From Candidatus Limivicinus sp. (GTDB taxonomy: Bacteria; Bacillota; Clostridia; Oscillospirales; Oscillospiraceae): a stretch of DNA of 64,000 nt. The stretch lies in the NCBI GenBank assembly GCA_045616745.1, contig JAZLHH010000056.1, positions 11,831 to 75,830 of the forward strand, read 5' to 3'. A program made the position numbers and the translations under genes. How positions within the stretch are numbered: position 1 is the first letter of the stretch; the number at the start of each line of letters is the position of its first letter. This document shows, piece by piece, positions 39,201 through 48,896 of this stretch. The notes under the pieces are model-generated. The model ran no database searches and was not told the origin of the DNA. It saw nothing but the letters and a program-made list of their open reading frames with translations.

Positions 39201-41725
39201 TATAACAGCTCCTTAACTTTTACTTTATTGATTTCACCGACGATTTTACCCATAGCGCTCTCCGGTTTACCTCCGCCTTTTCCTAACGTGCGAATCAGGT
39301 CAACAGCACTGACACCGGATTCTTTGCCGCAAACACACAGACAGGTTTCTCCGCTGGTAATTACGGCGACAATTCTGTCATCCTTACTTCTCAAAACATC
39401 CCCCAGAGATCTCAGGGCATTTGCGTCTCCTGAAGTCTGAATAAAAACAAGATGTTTGCCGTTGATTTCTTCTGCATTTCTAATATAATCATCGGCATTT
39501 CCGGAGGAAAGTTTTGCCTTGTAACTTTCAATCTCCTTCTTTAGTTCCTTAATCTTATCCTTCAGTTCAGAGACTTCTTCCTGAGCTTTCAGTCTGCTGT
39601 CTTCCAAAACTTTCAGCGTTTTCTGTCCGGTCACAGCTTCTATTCTGCGAACACCGGAAGCGACAGAGCTTTCAGATACAATATGGAATGAACCGGCCAT
39701 AGCGGTATTCTTCAAATGCGTTCCACCGCAGAATTCCTTGGAGATACTGCCCATAGAAACTACGCGCACTTCAGTTCCGTACTTTTCCCCGAATAAAGCG
39801 GTTGCTCCTGTTTTTTTCGCTTCATCAATATTCATTACTTCCGTGACAATATCAGAGCTGCTCAGAATAAATTCATTTACTATATTCTCTACCTGGGTCA
39901 GCTGTTCCTTGGTAACCGACTGATTGTGGGTAAAGTCAAAACGTAGCATATCCTCTTCAACAAGTGAACCGGCCTGATGAACGTTATCTCCGAGAACAGC
40001 ACGAAGAGCACTCTGCAGCATATGCGTAGCGCTGTGTGCACGGGCAACAGCAGACCTTCTGCCAGTATCGAGAGTGCATTTAACTCCGTCACCGACTTTC
40101 AGAGTCCCACCGCTGACTGTGCCGTAATGCATGAATTTTCCGCCCTTATTTTTAAGGACGTTATCTACATCAAATACAGCATTGCTATCAGTGATGTCAC
40201 CGCAGTCACCTACCTGTCCGCCCATTTCCGCATACAAAACAGTACGGTCAAGTACGATGATTCCGGATTCTCCGTCATTCAATTCATTTCTTGCAGTACC
40301 GTCGGAAATAATTGCCAGGATCTTGGCATTACACTCCGATGCTTCATAGCCGCAGAATATCGTATCGGGTACTTCTTTTCCGAACTCTTCGCCGGCCCAG
40401 CCAAGATCACCGAGCTTCTTTCGAGCTTCTCTTGCACGGATTCTCTGTTCTTCCATGAGTTTCCGGAAAGCTTCTTCGTCTACGGACAGACCTTCATCTT
40501 CACACATTTCTTTAGTAAGGTCCAATGGGAAGCCGAAAGTATCATAAAGCCGAAAAGCATCACTGCCGGAAAATACTTTGGAATCAGTTTCGGAGAGCAT
40601 TTCCCTGAAAACAGAAAGACCCTTGTCCAGTGTTTTATTGAAATTCTCTTCTTCTGTCTTAATAACAGATATAATATAGTTCTCTTTTTCACGTAATTCC
40701 GGATACTGGCATTCATTCTCATGAACCACTGTGTCCACAACTTCGTACAGGAACGGTTTATCCACATTCAGTAATTTGCCATGTCGTGCTGCTCGGCGGA
40801 GAAGACGGCGCAGGACATATCCCCTACCTTCGTTTGAAGGAAGAATTCCATCACAGATCATGAATACCGCACTGCGAATGTGATCGGTAATCACACGGAG
40901 GGAAACGTCTCTGGCCTTCGTCTGTCCATAAGTTGCTCCGGTAAGTTCCGAAACTTTGTTTGTTATGTTCATTACCGTATCTACGTCAAACAAAGAATCT
41001 ACATCCTGGCAAACAACAGCGAGTCTTTCCAAGCCCATTCCGGTATCGATATTTTTTTGAACAAGCTCGGTATAGTTGTTGTGACCGTCATTATCGAACT
41101 GGGAGAAAACATTGTTCCAGACTTCCATGTATCTGTCACAGTCACAGCCTACTGTGCAGTCAGGCTTTCCGCAGCCATACTTTTCGCCTCGGTCATAATA
41201 GATTTCACTGCAGGGACCGCAAGGGCCGGCACCGTGTTCCCAGAAGTTATCTTCTTTTCCAAATTTGAATATTCTTTCCGGAGAAATGCCGATTTCGTCT
41301 CTCCAGATTGAAAAAGCTTCATCATCATCTACATAAACAGAAGGATACAGACGGTTCGGATCAAGTCCGACCCAGTCAGGAGAAGTCAGAAATTCCCAGC
41401 TCCAGGAAATTGCCTCATGTTTGAAGTAATCCCCAAAAGAGAAATTTCCAAGCATCTCAAAATAGGTGCCGTGGCGCGAAGTATGACCGATATTCTCAAT
41501 ATCACCTGTACGAATGCATTTCTGGCAGGTACAGACTCTGTGTCTCGGCGGTTCCTGTTCGCCTTTAAAGTACGGCTTCATCGGAGCCATACCGGAATTG
41601 ATAATTAACAGAGAATTATCGTTTTGTGGAATCAAAGAAAAGCTGGGCAGTCTTAGATGGTCCTTCGTTTCAAAGAAAGAAAGGAACATTTCACGAAGTT
41701 CATTGAGTCCATATTTTTTGTTCAT
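39200..41725 (-). CDS. alaS: Alanine--tRNA ligase
   Basis: FEMLGNFSFGDYFK, editing-site HSATHML, and CGGTH. 841 aa. Confidence 0.97.
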   Translation of the reverse strand: MNKKYGLNELREMFLSFFETKDHLRLPSFSLIPQNDNSLLIINSGMAPMKPYFKGEQEPPRHRVCTCQKCIRTGDIENIGHTSRHGTYFEMLGNFSFGDYFKHEAISWSWEFLTSPDWVGLDPNRLYPSVYVDDDEAFSIWRDEIGISPERIFKFGKEDNFWEHGAGPCGPCSEIYYDRGEKYGCGKPDCTVGCDCDRYMEVWNNVFSQFDNDGHNNYTELVQKNIDTGMGLERLAVVCQDVDSLFDVDTVMNITNKVSELTGATYGQTKARDVSLRVITDHIRSAVFMICDGILPSNEGRGYVLRRLLRRAARHGKLLNVDKPFLYEVVDTVVHENECQYPELREKENYIISVIKTEEENFNKTLDKGLSVFREMLSETDSKVFSGSDAFRLYDTFGFPLDLTKEMCEDEGLSVDEEAFRKLMEEQRIRAREARKKLGDLGWAGEEFGKEVPDTIFCGYEASECNAKILAIISDGTARNELNDGESGIIVLDRTVLYAEMGGQVGDCGDITDSNAVFDVDNVLKNKGGKFMHYGTVSGGTLKVGDGVKCTLDTGRRSAVARAHSATHMLQSALRAVLGDNVHQAGSLVEEDMLRFDFTHNQSVTKEQLTQVENIVNEFILSSSDIVTEVMNIDEAKKTGATALFGEKYGTEVRVVSMGSISKEFCGGTHLKNTAMAGSFHIVSESSVASGVRRIEAVTGQKTLKVLEDSRLKAQEEVSELKDKIKELKKEIESYKAKLSSGNADDYIRNAEEINGKHLVFIQTSGDANALRSLGDVLRSKDDRIVAVITSGETCLCVCGKESGVSAVDLIRTLGKGGGKPESAMGKIVGEINKVKVKELL

Positions 41726-42927
41726 TGTTTCGTCCTCCTGATAATGGAATAAACCGGTGCATTGCAGGGCAAATCCATCGTAAAATTCATCTTAGCATGG
41801 GGCGTATCCATAATCGATTCCCCGTTTTCATTTCTCAGATTGGAAGCAGTAAAAGCAATCGGTTTCCCTCCCGGGGGCAGCAGTTCCAGATGGTCTCCTT
41901 CGGAGAACTTATTTCTCTGAGAAAGAACAGGTTTCTCTGTATCAGCATTGCATTCAACAACAGCTACGATATCCGCTTCCTGTGAATAGCTTGAAGATCC
42001 GTAGTGCTGACCGGGATCACAATAGTAAAAACCGGTGCAATAAGGACGGTGGGACACCATTTCCGTTTCTCTGACCCAAAGCTCATCCAAAGGTTCATTT
42101 CGAATTGCCTGATCGATAGCATGCCGGTAGGCATTTGTTACCACTGCGGTATAATAGGCACTCTTCATACGTCCTTCAACTTTAAGGCTTGAAACGCCTG
42201 CTTCTATTAATTCCGGGATATGTTCAATCATACGCATATCCTTTGAATTCATGATGAAGGTGCCCTGATCTTCTGAAATTTCAAAGAACTCCCCCGGCCT
42301 GGTTTCTTCCATAAGGTGATATTTCCAGCGGCACGGCTGTGCACACTGCCCTCTGTTGGAATCTCTTCCTGTCAGGTAATTGCTGAGAAGACAACGGCCG
42401 GAGAAACTGACACACATCGCCCCGTGAACAAATGCCTCCAGCCGAAGCGTACGGGGTGTATTCTCCCTGATACTGCGGATTTCTTCCAGGGAAAGCTCTC
42501 TGGCCAGAACAACAGTGTCTGCTCCATGATCATGGAGGAAATTCGCCGTTCCGCTGTTTACAACACCTAATTGTGTGGAAACATGCCGTGAAACAGACGG
42601 AGCATACTTTGCAGCCGATTCCAGAATCCCGAGATCGGCAATAATCAAACCGTCCGGTCCAAGCTGTTCCAAAAACTCCAGAAATGCCGGCAGTCTTTGA
42701 TATTCATCTTCTCTCGGCAAAGTGTTGCAGGTAACGTAAACTTTGGACCCGTGGAGGTGTGCCAGCCGGATTGCTTCCTTCAGATTATCATCGGAAAAGT
42801 TCGCACTGCTCGCCCGCATACCAAATTCCCGACCTGCCAGATAGACGGCATCTGCACCATAAATCAAAGCCATATTCAATTTTTCCATGTCACCCGCAGG
42901 AGACAGGAGTTCTATTGCATTATTCAT
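41722..42927 (-). CDS. Peptidase U32 family protein
   Basis: IELLSPAGDMEKLNMALIYGADAVYLAG N-terminus, typical of the U32 family. Confidence 0.85.
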   Translation of the reverse strand: MNNAIELLSPAGDMEKLNMALIYGADAVYLAGREFGMRASSANFSDDNLKEAIRLAHLHGSKVYVTCNTLPREDEYQRLPAFLEFLEQLGPDGLIIADLGILESAAKYAPSVSRHVSTQLGVVNSGTANFLHDHGADTVVLARELSLEEIRSIRENTPRTLRLEAFVHGAMCVSFSGRCLLSNYLTGRDSNRGQCAQPCRWKYHLMEETRPGEFFEISEDQGTFIMNSKDMRMIEHIPELIEAGVSSLKVEGRMKSAYYTAVVTNAYRHAIDQAIRNEPLDELWVRETEMVSHRPYCTGFYYCDPGQHYGSSSYSQEADIVAVVECNADTEKPVLSQRNKFSEGDHLELLPPGGKPIAFTASNLRNENGESIMDTPHAKMNFTMDLPCNAPVYSIIRRTKQ

Positions 42928-44035
42928 TTGGATGCGTCTGCTGATAATAAAGAAATTCGCTCTGATCCACGAAGAAATTCAATTTTCCGGTAGAAATATC
43001 TGCGTAAAAATAATAATAATAGCTGTCGGCAGGATTCATAGCCGCCGTAATAGAAGCCATACCGGGATTACAGATAGGAGTTGGCGGAAGGCCGAGATTC
43101 TTTCTGGTATTGTACGGACTGTCTTCCTCTAACATTTCCAGGGTAGGTTCGCCTTCGTGGTCCTGATGTACGTACAGTATTGTAGTATCGAAACCAAGGG
43201 TCATCTGCGCCGCAAAACGATTGTAGACGACTGAGGCAACGTAAGGACGATCCTCATCCAGTTTTGCTTCTTTTTCAATCAAAGAGGCTATATTCACGAG
43301 ATCTCGGACAGACTTCCCCATCCGTTCCGCCTGTGCGAGATAATCCTGATTGAATCTTGTATAAAAATTAGAAAGCATTTTATTAATAGCTGTTGCAGGA
43401 TCGCTGTTTGCATAAAACTCATAGGTGTCCGGGAAAAGAAAACCTTCCAGCCGGCTTGCACCCAAATCATCCATGCCGTCAAGAAAATCATACTTGAAGG
43501 TTGCTGTTGCTGCAGCAGTCATCAGATCATCGTACTTCGCTACGCCTTCTTCTTCAAAGCGGTGGAAAATATCTTCCATGGTAAAGCCTTCCGGAATCGT
43601 CACCGTAACCGTTTTCAGAACTGCGGCACTTTCGCACATATGATGTATCAGGGCACGATAGTCGTAGGAACTCTTCAACTCATACTCGCCGGGATCAAAC
43701 TTGGTCTCTGCCTTGCTGATATTGCAATATGACTTAAAGAGCCACTTGTAGTCAATTAATCCGTTCTTGTGCAGTAAATCCGCGACATAATCGATATCTA
43801 CAACTCTTCCGACATCCTCTTTTGCATGAAAAGCCTCATCCGGCAAGGTTACAGAAACTGTAAACTTGTCGTTGTTCAATGCAAATACGTCAGACGCAGC
43901 CATCCAGGCAAATACAGCCATAGCCGTTGCCAGGCAAAGGAGAAACAGGAAAAGCAGTATCCCGCCGAGGCACCCCGTCTTTTTTACATCACGTAAACCT
44001 TTATTCGTTTTTTGTGTTTGATTCTTATCTGTCAT
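42920..44035 (-). CDS. mltG: Endolytic murein transglycosylase MltG (YceG-like)
   Basis: An N-terminal TM anchor, then YceG-like motifs LASLIEKEA, TTILYV and YNTR...GLPPTPICNPG. Confidence 0.9.
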   Translation of the reverse strand: MTDKNQTQKTNKGLRDVKKTGCLGGILLFLFLLCLATAMAVFAWMAASDVFALNNDKFTVSVTLPDEAFHAKEDVGRVVDIDYVADLLHKNGLIDYKWLFKSYCNISKAETKFDPGEYELKSSYDYRALIHHMCESAAVLKTVTVTIPEGFTMEDIFHRFEEEGVAKYDDLMTAAATATFKYDFLDGMDDLGASRLEGFLFPDTYEFYANSDPATAINKMLSNFYTRFNQDYLAQAERMGKSVRDLVNIASLIEKEAKLDEDRPYVASVVYNRFAAQMTLGFDTTILYVHQDHEGEPTLEMLEEDSPYNTRKNLGLPPTPICNPGMASITAAMNPADSYYYYFYADISTGKLNFFVDQSEFLYYQQTHPNE

Positions 44036-44702
44036 TCAGAAAGTCTTTAATAATATTGTATATTTCCTCATTTTTGTCTTCCAATTCCCGTTCCCTTCCC
44101 TGCGAGTCAAGATAAGGAATTCTGACCCAATGGAAAAAATCACATGCTCTGGAAGCAGTGTTCAGGCATTTTGTAAGGTATTCCTGATCTTTTTCGTGAA
44201 TGTCCGCAACGGAGTTACCGGATAATTCCCTTGCTGCTCTTCTCTTAGCAGCAATTTCCAGACTGACGTCCAGATAAAGCACAAGATCCGGCTCAGGAAG
44301 CTGCATTTTATGATATTCAAGATCTTTCAGCCAGGAAAAATATGCATCAAGCTCAGTTTCCTCCAGCTTACAACCCTGATGAACAGCATTGGAAGTTGTA
44401 TACCTGTCGGAAAAAATCAGTTCCCCTGCGTTGTACTGCCTTCCCCAGTCATCTCGAAAAGAAGCAAAACGATCTACAGCATAAAAAGTGGATGCTGTAT
44501 AAGCGTTGACATCTTCCGGATGTGTTCCGAATTCACCGTTCAGATACAGACGAATCAATGCACTGGATTCTTTTTCATAGCGCGGAAAGACAATATGATA
44601 ATAGTCATAATGATCTCTGTTCAGCTTTTCACATATTCTCCGATATTGAGAGGACTTTCCGCTTCCGTCAATACCTTCCAATACAATCAGTTTTCCGCTC
44701 AT
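44025..44702 (-). CDS. tmk: Thymidylate kinase-like
   Basis: LIVLEGIDGSGKSSQ P-loop and a DRY-like SDRYTTS motif. Confidence 0.8.
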   Translation of the reverse strand: MSGKLIVLEGIDGSGKSSQYRRICEKLNRDHYDYYHIVFPRYEKESSALIRLYLNGEFGTHPEDVNAYTASTFYAVDRFASFRDDWGRQYNAGELIFSDRYTTSNAVHQGCKLEETELDAYFSWLKDLEYHKMQLPEPDLVLYLDVSLEIAAKRRAARELSGNSVADIHEKDQEYLTKCLNTASRACDFFHWVRIPYLDSQGRERELEDKNEEIYNIIKDFLNDR

Positions 44703-45415
44703 AACTGAGAAAAGACCTTTCCGATATTGTCATGAATAATCAGATCTGCATATCTGTCATAGGGTGTTTCGCTCCTGTTAATCAGAACGAGCTTATGACC
44801 TCTGTAATAATCAATCAGTCCGGCAGCAGGATAAACATTCAAAGAAGTCCCGCCCACAATCATAACCTCGGCATCCCGTATATATTGGATTGCTTTCATC
44901 ATGACGGCATTGTCCAGCGGTTCTTCATAAAGAACAATATCAGGACGAATAATACCTCCGCAGGAATCACATCTCGGAACATCTGTTCCCTCATACATTT
45001 TCCTGTAGCTTACACTTTTTCCACAGTTGGAACAATAGGCTCTCAGTAAACTACCGTGCAGTTCCAGAACCTCTTTGCTTCCGGCCGCCTGATGAAGGCC
45101 GTCAATATTCTGTGTAATAACAGCTCTCAGCTTTCCTTTTTCTTCCAATTCTGCCAGTTTCAGATGGCAGGTATTGGGTTGAAAACCGTCAACTGTAAGC
45201 TTACACCGTTGAAACCGATAGTATTCCTTTGGATTGTTCACAAAAAAACTGTGGCTGAGAATCGTCTCCGGAGGATAAGACCATTCCTGGTGATATAATC
45301 CGTCTATGGAACGGAAATCGGATATTCCACTCTCAGTAGAAACACCGGCACCTCCGAAAAACACGATATTATTACTGTCGGATATCCAATTCCGGAGCGT
45401 CTCAATACTGTTCAT
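44699..45415 (-). CDS. cobB: NAD-dependent protein deacylase (Sir2 family)
   Basis: FFGGAGVSTESGISDFRS, TQNIDGLH, and the Zn site CSNCGK...CDSCGG. The start is set at ATG 45415 (MNSIETL...) to match the usual Sir2 N-terminus. Confidence 0.85.
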   Translation of the reverse strand: MNSIETLRNWISDSNNIVFFGGAGVSTESGISDFRSIDGLYHQEWSYPPETILSHSFFVNNPKEYYRFQRCKLTVDGFQPNTCHLKLAELEEKGKLRAVITQNIDGLHQAAGSKEVLELHGSLLRAYCSNCGKSVSYRKMYEGTDVPRCDSCGGIIRPDIVLYEEPLDNAVMMKAIQYIRDAEVMIVGGTSLNVYPAAGLIDYYRGHKLVLINRSETPYDRYADLIIHDNIGKVFSQL

Positions 45416-45968
45416 ACAATTCCATAATCTGTGAAAGCGTGATTTCATTCTCGCGCTTCACAACAAATTTATATGTTTCATCTGAACACGCTGAAGTAAT
45501 ATTCAGAAGCCATGCGATGCAGCTTTTAACAATGCCAAGAGAAATTTCAGCCATTTCCTTCAGATAATGCCGATAAGAATCCGGAACCATTTCCTTCAGT
45601 TCCAAACCCAAATCCATCATCTGATGCAGCATATTGATGATTTCCTCATTAATTGTGCAGGCCGGATGAACAGCAGCTTCAATCGTGTCGGGATCGCCGT
45701 TTTTCAGTTCCTTCCTGTATCCTGAGCGTGCCTTCAGGTCATCATCAACAAGGTGAAGAAAATAAGTTCTTAAAATTTCAGCATTACGTACAAGGTATTC
45801 CTGGCGTTCACATTCCGGTGCTGCTTTGGCACAGCGGGCAAAAATAGCGGCTGCACAGGCTGCGGCTGCAGCGTTTAATGAACCTGTATCCAGTTTGTCG
45901 TCTTCTTCGAATGCCTTTGTAAAGTCATTCAGAGATTCATTCGCATACACTCTGATATTAATAGCCAT
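45402..45968 (-). CDS. Cyclodeaminase/cyclohydrolase (FTCD_C-like) family protein, divergent
   Basis: All-helical 188-aa protein. The N-terminal LNDFTKAFEEDDKLDTGSLNAAAAACAAAIFA resembles the ...PAPGGGSVAALAGALGAAL segment of methenyl-THF cyclohydrolase-like proteins. The match is weak. Confidence 0.5.
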   Translation of the reverse strand: MAINIRVYANESLNDFTKAFEEDDKLDTGSLNAAAAACAAAIFARCAKAAPECERQEYLVRNAEILRTYFLHLVDDDLKARSGYRKELKNGDPDTIEAAVHPACTINEEIINMLHQMMDLGLELKEMVPDSYRHYLKEMAEISLGIVKSCIAWLLNITSACSDETYKFVVKRENEITLSQIMELYEQY

Positions 45969-45971
45969 TCC

Positions 45972-47576
45972 TTACTCCTTGCTGAAACTGCTCAGTTCCA
46001 GACCTTCATTCTTATCCGTTGCCCAACGGATCGTCCATTCGCTCGTAAACAGAAGCAGATCTCTGTCCTTGAAGTCTTTTACCCATTTCGTATCGGAAGT
46101 CAGATTCAATTCGTTGATCTTTTTCGGGCTGCTGTCTACCCAGCGTATACATTCATACGGAAGATCTCTTCTGCGTATTTCTACACCGTATTCGGATTTC
46201 AGGCGATATTCCAGCACTTCAAACTGAAGCACACCTACGACACCGACAATCACTTCCTCATAAACCGTATTCGGTTCATGAAAAATCTGAATGGCACCTT
46301 CCTGCGCAATCTGTTCAATGCCTTTTTCGAACTGCTTACGCTTCATTGTGTCAATTCTTTCAATAGCAGCGAAATGCTCCGGTGCAAAGGTCGGAATCCC
46401 TTCAAAGCAGATATCCTTTCGTTTGTCACAGATGGTATCGCCTATGGAAAAAATTCCCGGATCGAATACACCGATAATATCCCCGGCATAAGCTTCATCG
46501 ATAATCGCTCTGTCAGAGGCCATCAGCTGCTGCGGCTGCGCCAGCTTTATTGTTTTTTTCTGCTGTACATGATAATACTCATTGTCTCTGACAAACTTAC
46601 CGGAACAGATCCGCAAAAAAGCAATTCTGTCGCGGTGTGCTTTATTCATGTTTGCCTGAATCTTGAAGACAAAAGCAGAGAACGAATCGTCGAAAGGATC
46701 GACTTCCTGTTCCCCGGATTTTCGAGGCAGCGGTGAGCTCGTCATTTTCAAAAAGTTTTCCAGAAATTCTTCTACTCCAAAATTGTTTAAAGCAGAGCCG
46801 AAGAAAACAGGGCTTAAAAGGCCTGCACGAACGGCTTCCATGTCAAACTCATAGCCAGCACCGTCAAGAAGTTCAATATCATCATTCAAAGCAGAAAGAA
46901 GACGCGGATGAACAAATTGACTCAGGGTCTCTGAATCGTCAATGGAAATCTCAGTCGCCTGGATTCTGTTGGCTCCGCGATGACTTTCCGTGAATGCAAG
47001 AACCTTTCCGGAGGCTCTGTCATACACGCCTTTAAAGTCTCTTCCGGACCCAATTGGCCAGTTCACAGGATAAGTTCCGATTCCGAATTCGTTTTCCAGC
47101 TGTTCCATTAATTCATATGGACTGCGAGCATCTCTGTCCAGCTTATTTATAAATGTAAAAATAGGAATATGACGCATTGCACAGACATGAAACAGTTTCC
47201 TCGTCTGCGGTTCTATTCCTTTTGCTGCATCAATCACCATAACGGCAGAGTCAGCAGCCATAAGCGTCCTATAGGTATCTTCAGAGAAGTCCTGATGCCC
47301 GGGAGTGTCCAGAATATTGATGCAGTAGCCCTCATATTCAAACTGAAGAACAGAAGAAGTAATAGAAATCCCTCTTTGTTTTTCCAGTTCCATCCAGTCG
47401 GAAACAGCATGCTTAGCCGTTGCTTTTCCTTTAACAGAACCGGCCGTCTGAATTGCCCCGCCGTACAGAAGAAGCTTTTCCGTCAAGGTTGTCTTGCCGG
47501 CATCCGGGTGGGATATAATAGCAAACGTCCTTCTTCTGTCGATTTCTTCTCTTAAACTGACCACGTGATACCTCAA
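45972..47576 (-). CDS. prfC: Peptide chain release factor 3
   Basis: RRTFAIISHPDAGKTTLTEKLLL, DTPGHQDF, and NKLDR GTPase motifs. Confidence 0.95.
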   Translation of the reverse strand: MRYHVVSLREEIDRRRTFAIISHPDAGKTTLTEKLLLYGGAIQTAGSVKGKATAKHAVSDWMELEKQRGISITSSVLQFEYEGYCINILDTPGHQDFSEDTYRTLMAADSAVMVIDAAKGIEPQTRKLFHVCAMRHIPIFTFINKLDRDARSPYELMEQLENEFGIGTYPVNWPIGSGRDFKGVYDRASGKVLAFTESHRGANRIQATEISIDDSETLSQFVHPRLLSALNDDIELLDGAGYEFDMEAVRAGLLSPVFFGSALNNFGVEEFLENFLKMTSSPLPRKSGEQEVDPFDDSFSAFVFKIQANMNKAHRDRIAFLRICSGKFVRDNEYYHVQQKKTIKLAQPQQLMASDRAIIDEAYAGDIIGVFDPGIFSIGDTICDKRKDICFEGIPTFAPEHFAAIERIDTMKRKQFEKGIEQIAQEGAIQIFHEPNTVYEEVIVGVVGVLQFEVLEYRLKSEYGVEIRRRDLPYECIRWVDSSPKKINELNLTSDTKWVKDFKDRDLLLFTSEWTIRWATDKNEGLELSSFSKE

Positions 47577-47627
47577 TTACACATAAATTTACATCTTAAG
47601 ATAATAACACAACAGCAACCAATAATC

Positions 47628-47663
47628 CACCAAAATAAAATCAACGGTCATAAAAACCGTTGA
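47628..47663 (-). terminator. Rho-independent terminator after the small Cys protein gene
   Basis: Stem TCAACGGT/ACCGTTGA, followed on the minus strand by TTTTATTTTGG. Confidence 0.6.
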
Positions 47664-47680
47664 TTGATATATGCATACAG

Positions 47681-47884
47681 CTACAGTTTTGTTTCCTTTC
47701 GGCAAACCGTGCATACCTGCAGCAAAGAACTGTCTTCCAATTTAAAGATAGTATGAAATACACTGTTCCTGCAGACAGGGCATTCCGCAATAATTCCTCC
47801 TATTTTCAATCGAAAAACACTTGTGGAATCTGACATGCCGCCATTTACAGCAGTTAAATCAACAATAGCTTTGTTAGAATTCAA
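47681..47884 (-). CDS. Small double-CxxC (zinc-ribbon-like) protein, unknown function
   Basis: ...IIAECPVCRNSVFHTIFKLEDSSLLQVCTVCRKETKL. The SD GGAAGGAGA lies upstream. The second TTG (47884) has better spacing than the ORF-track start 47890, and the gene has its own terminator. Confidence 0.45.
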   Translation of the reverse strand: MNSNKAIVDLTAVNGGMSDSTSVFRLKIGGIIAECPVCRNSVFHTIFKLEDSSLLQVCTVCRKETKL

Positions 47885-47983
47885 AAGCAATCTCCTTCCG
47901 CTTTTAAAAAGAAAAACGGATACCGCTCCCTCATAATAGCAGAAGTTCTCAGAATAAGGAAGTGTTTTAGATAAGAATTTTAC

Positions 47984-48016
47984 TTGACAAGAACAGACAG
48001 TTAGCTTAGACTAACT
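47984..48016 (+). promoter_or_regulatory. Candidate zupT promoter with overlapping 6-6-6 palindrome
   Basis: TTGACA (47984-47989), a 17-nt spacer, and a weak -10 TAGACT (48007-48012). The palindrome AGTTAG-cttaga-CTAACT (47999-48016) overlaps the -10. Confidence 0.3.
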
Positions 48017-48041
48017 ACACTTAAATAGTAAGAGGTAAATT

Positions 48042-48896
48042 ATGAGTGCTTTTTGGTGGGTAGTTATTATCACGGCAATTGCCGGAGTTGGGGGCACAGG
48101 GCTCGGAGGTCTTGTCGGTGCTGTTCTGAGGAAGGATTCAACGAAAACCGTCAGTCTTCTTCTGTCCTTTGCCGGCGGCGTGATGATGGCAGTTGTTTGC
48201 TTTGATCTGATTCCGAGCGCATTCCATCCAGAAGGAGCAACGGACAATATTCCGATTGTGTTTGTTTTGCTGGGAGTTTTGCTCGGATATGCCATTGTGT
48301 ATCTTCTAAACTACATAATTGACAAAAAAACAAATCCGGAAATCAGCCATATTGATGCAAAACATCCGCAAACAGCGGACAATCTGGATGAACTGATTCA
48401 TGCCGACCACTTCAATGTCCACAAGAAGGAACCCGGGAATTCCGGTCTTTTTGTTGCAGGCATTGTGATGGCATTTGCTATTGCGCTTCATAACATGCCG
48501 GAAGGAATGGTAATCGGGGCTTCCTACGCAGGAGATTCCGGGACGATCGTTGGCGGTGCCGGATTTATCGTTGCCATCGTCATTGGACTGCACAATATCC
48601 CGGAAGGTATGTCTGTTGCGGTTCCTTTAATCAGCGGTGGAATGAACAAATGGAAAGCCATAGGAATTACTGCTCTTTCCGGAGCACCTACCATAATCGG
48701 TGCAATGCTGGGGTATTCTCTCGGTCTGATCAGTCCAATCTGGCTTTCTCTTTCTCTCAGCTTTGCCGGCGGTGCCATGCTTTATGTTGTTTTCGGGGAA
48801 CTTCTTCCGGAAGCTTTTCTTATGTGGAAGTCAAAAGCTCCCGCTGCTTTGGCTCTGGTTGGTACCTTGGTTGGTCTGATTCTCGTCTATGTCTGA
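48042..48896 (+). CDS. zupT: ZIP-family divalent metal transporter (ZupT-like)
   Basis: Eight hydrophobic segments and duplicated HNxPEG motifs (ALHNMPEGMVIG, GLHNIPEGMSVA). Confidence 0.85.
   Translation: MSAFWWVVIITAIAGVGGTGLGGLVGAVLRKDSTKTVSLLLSFAGGVMMAVVCFDLIPSAFHPEGATDNIPIVFVLLGVLLGYAIVYLLNYIIDKKTNPEISHIDAKHPQTADNLDELIHADHFNVHKKEPGNSGLFVAGIVMAFAIALHNMPEGMVIGASYAGDSGTIVGGAGFIVAIVIGLHNIPEGMSVAVPLISGGMNKWKAIGITALSGAPTIIGAMLGYSLGLISPIWLSLSLSFAGGAMLYVVFGELLPEAFLMWKSKAPAALALVGTLVGLILVYV

Noticed and set aside
39977-40696. 239-aa ORF antisense to alaS
   Set aside because: Same reasoning: alaS motifs occupy the minus strand throughout.
41726-41800. Looked for a T-box leader upstream of alaS
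   Set aside because: The alaS start overlaps the stop of the U32 peptidase gene by 4 nt, so there is no leader space.
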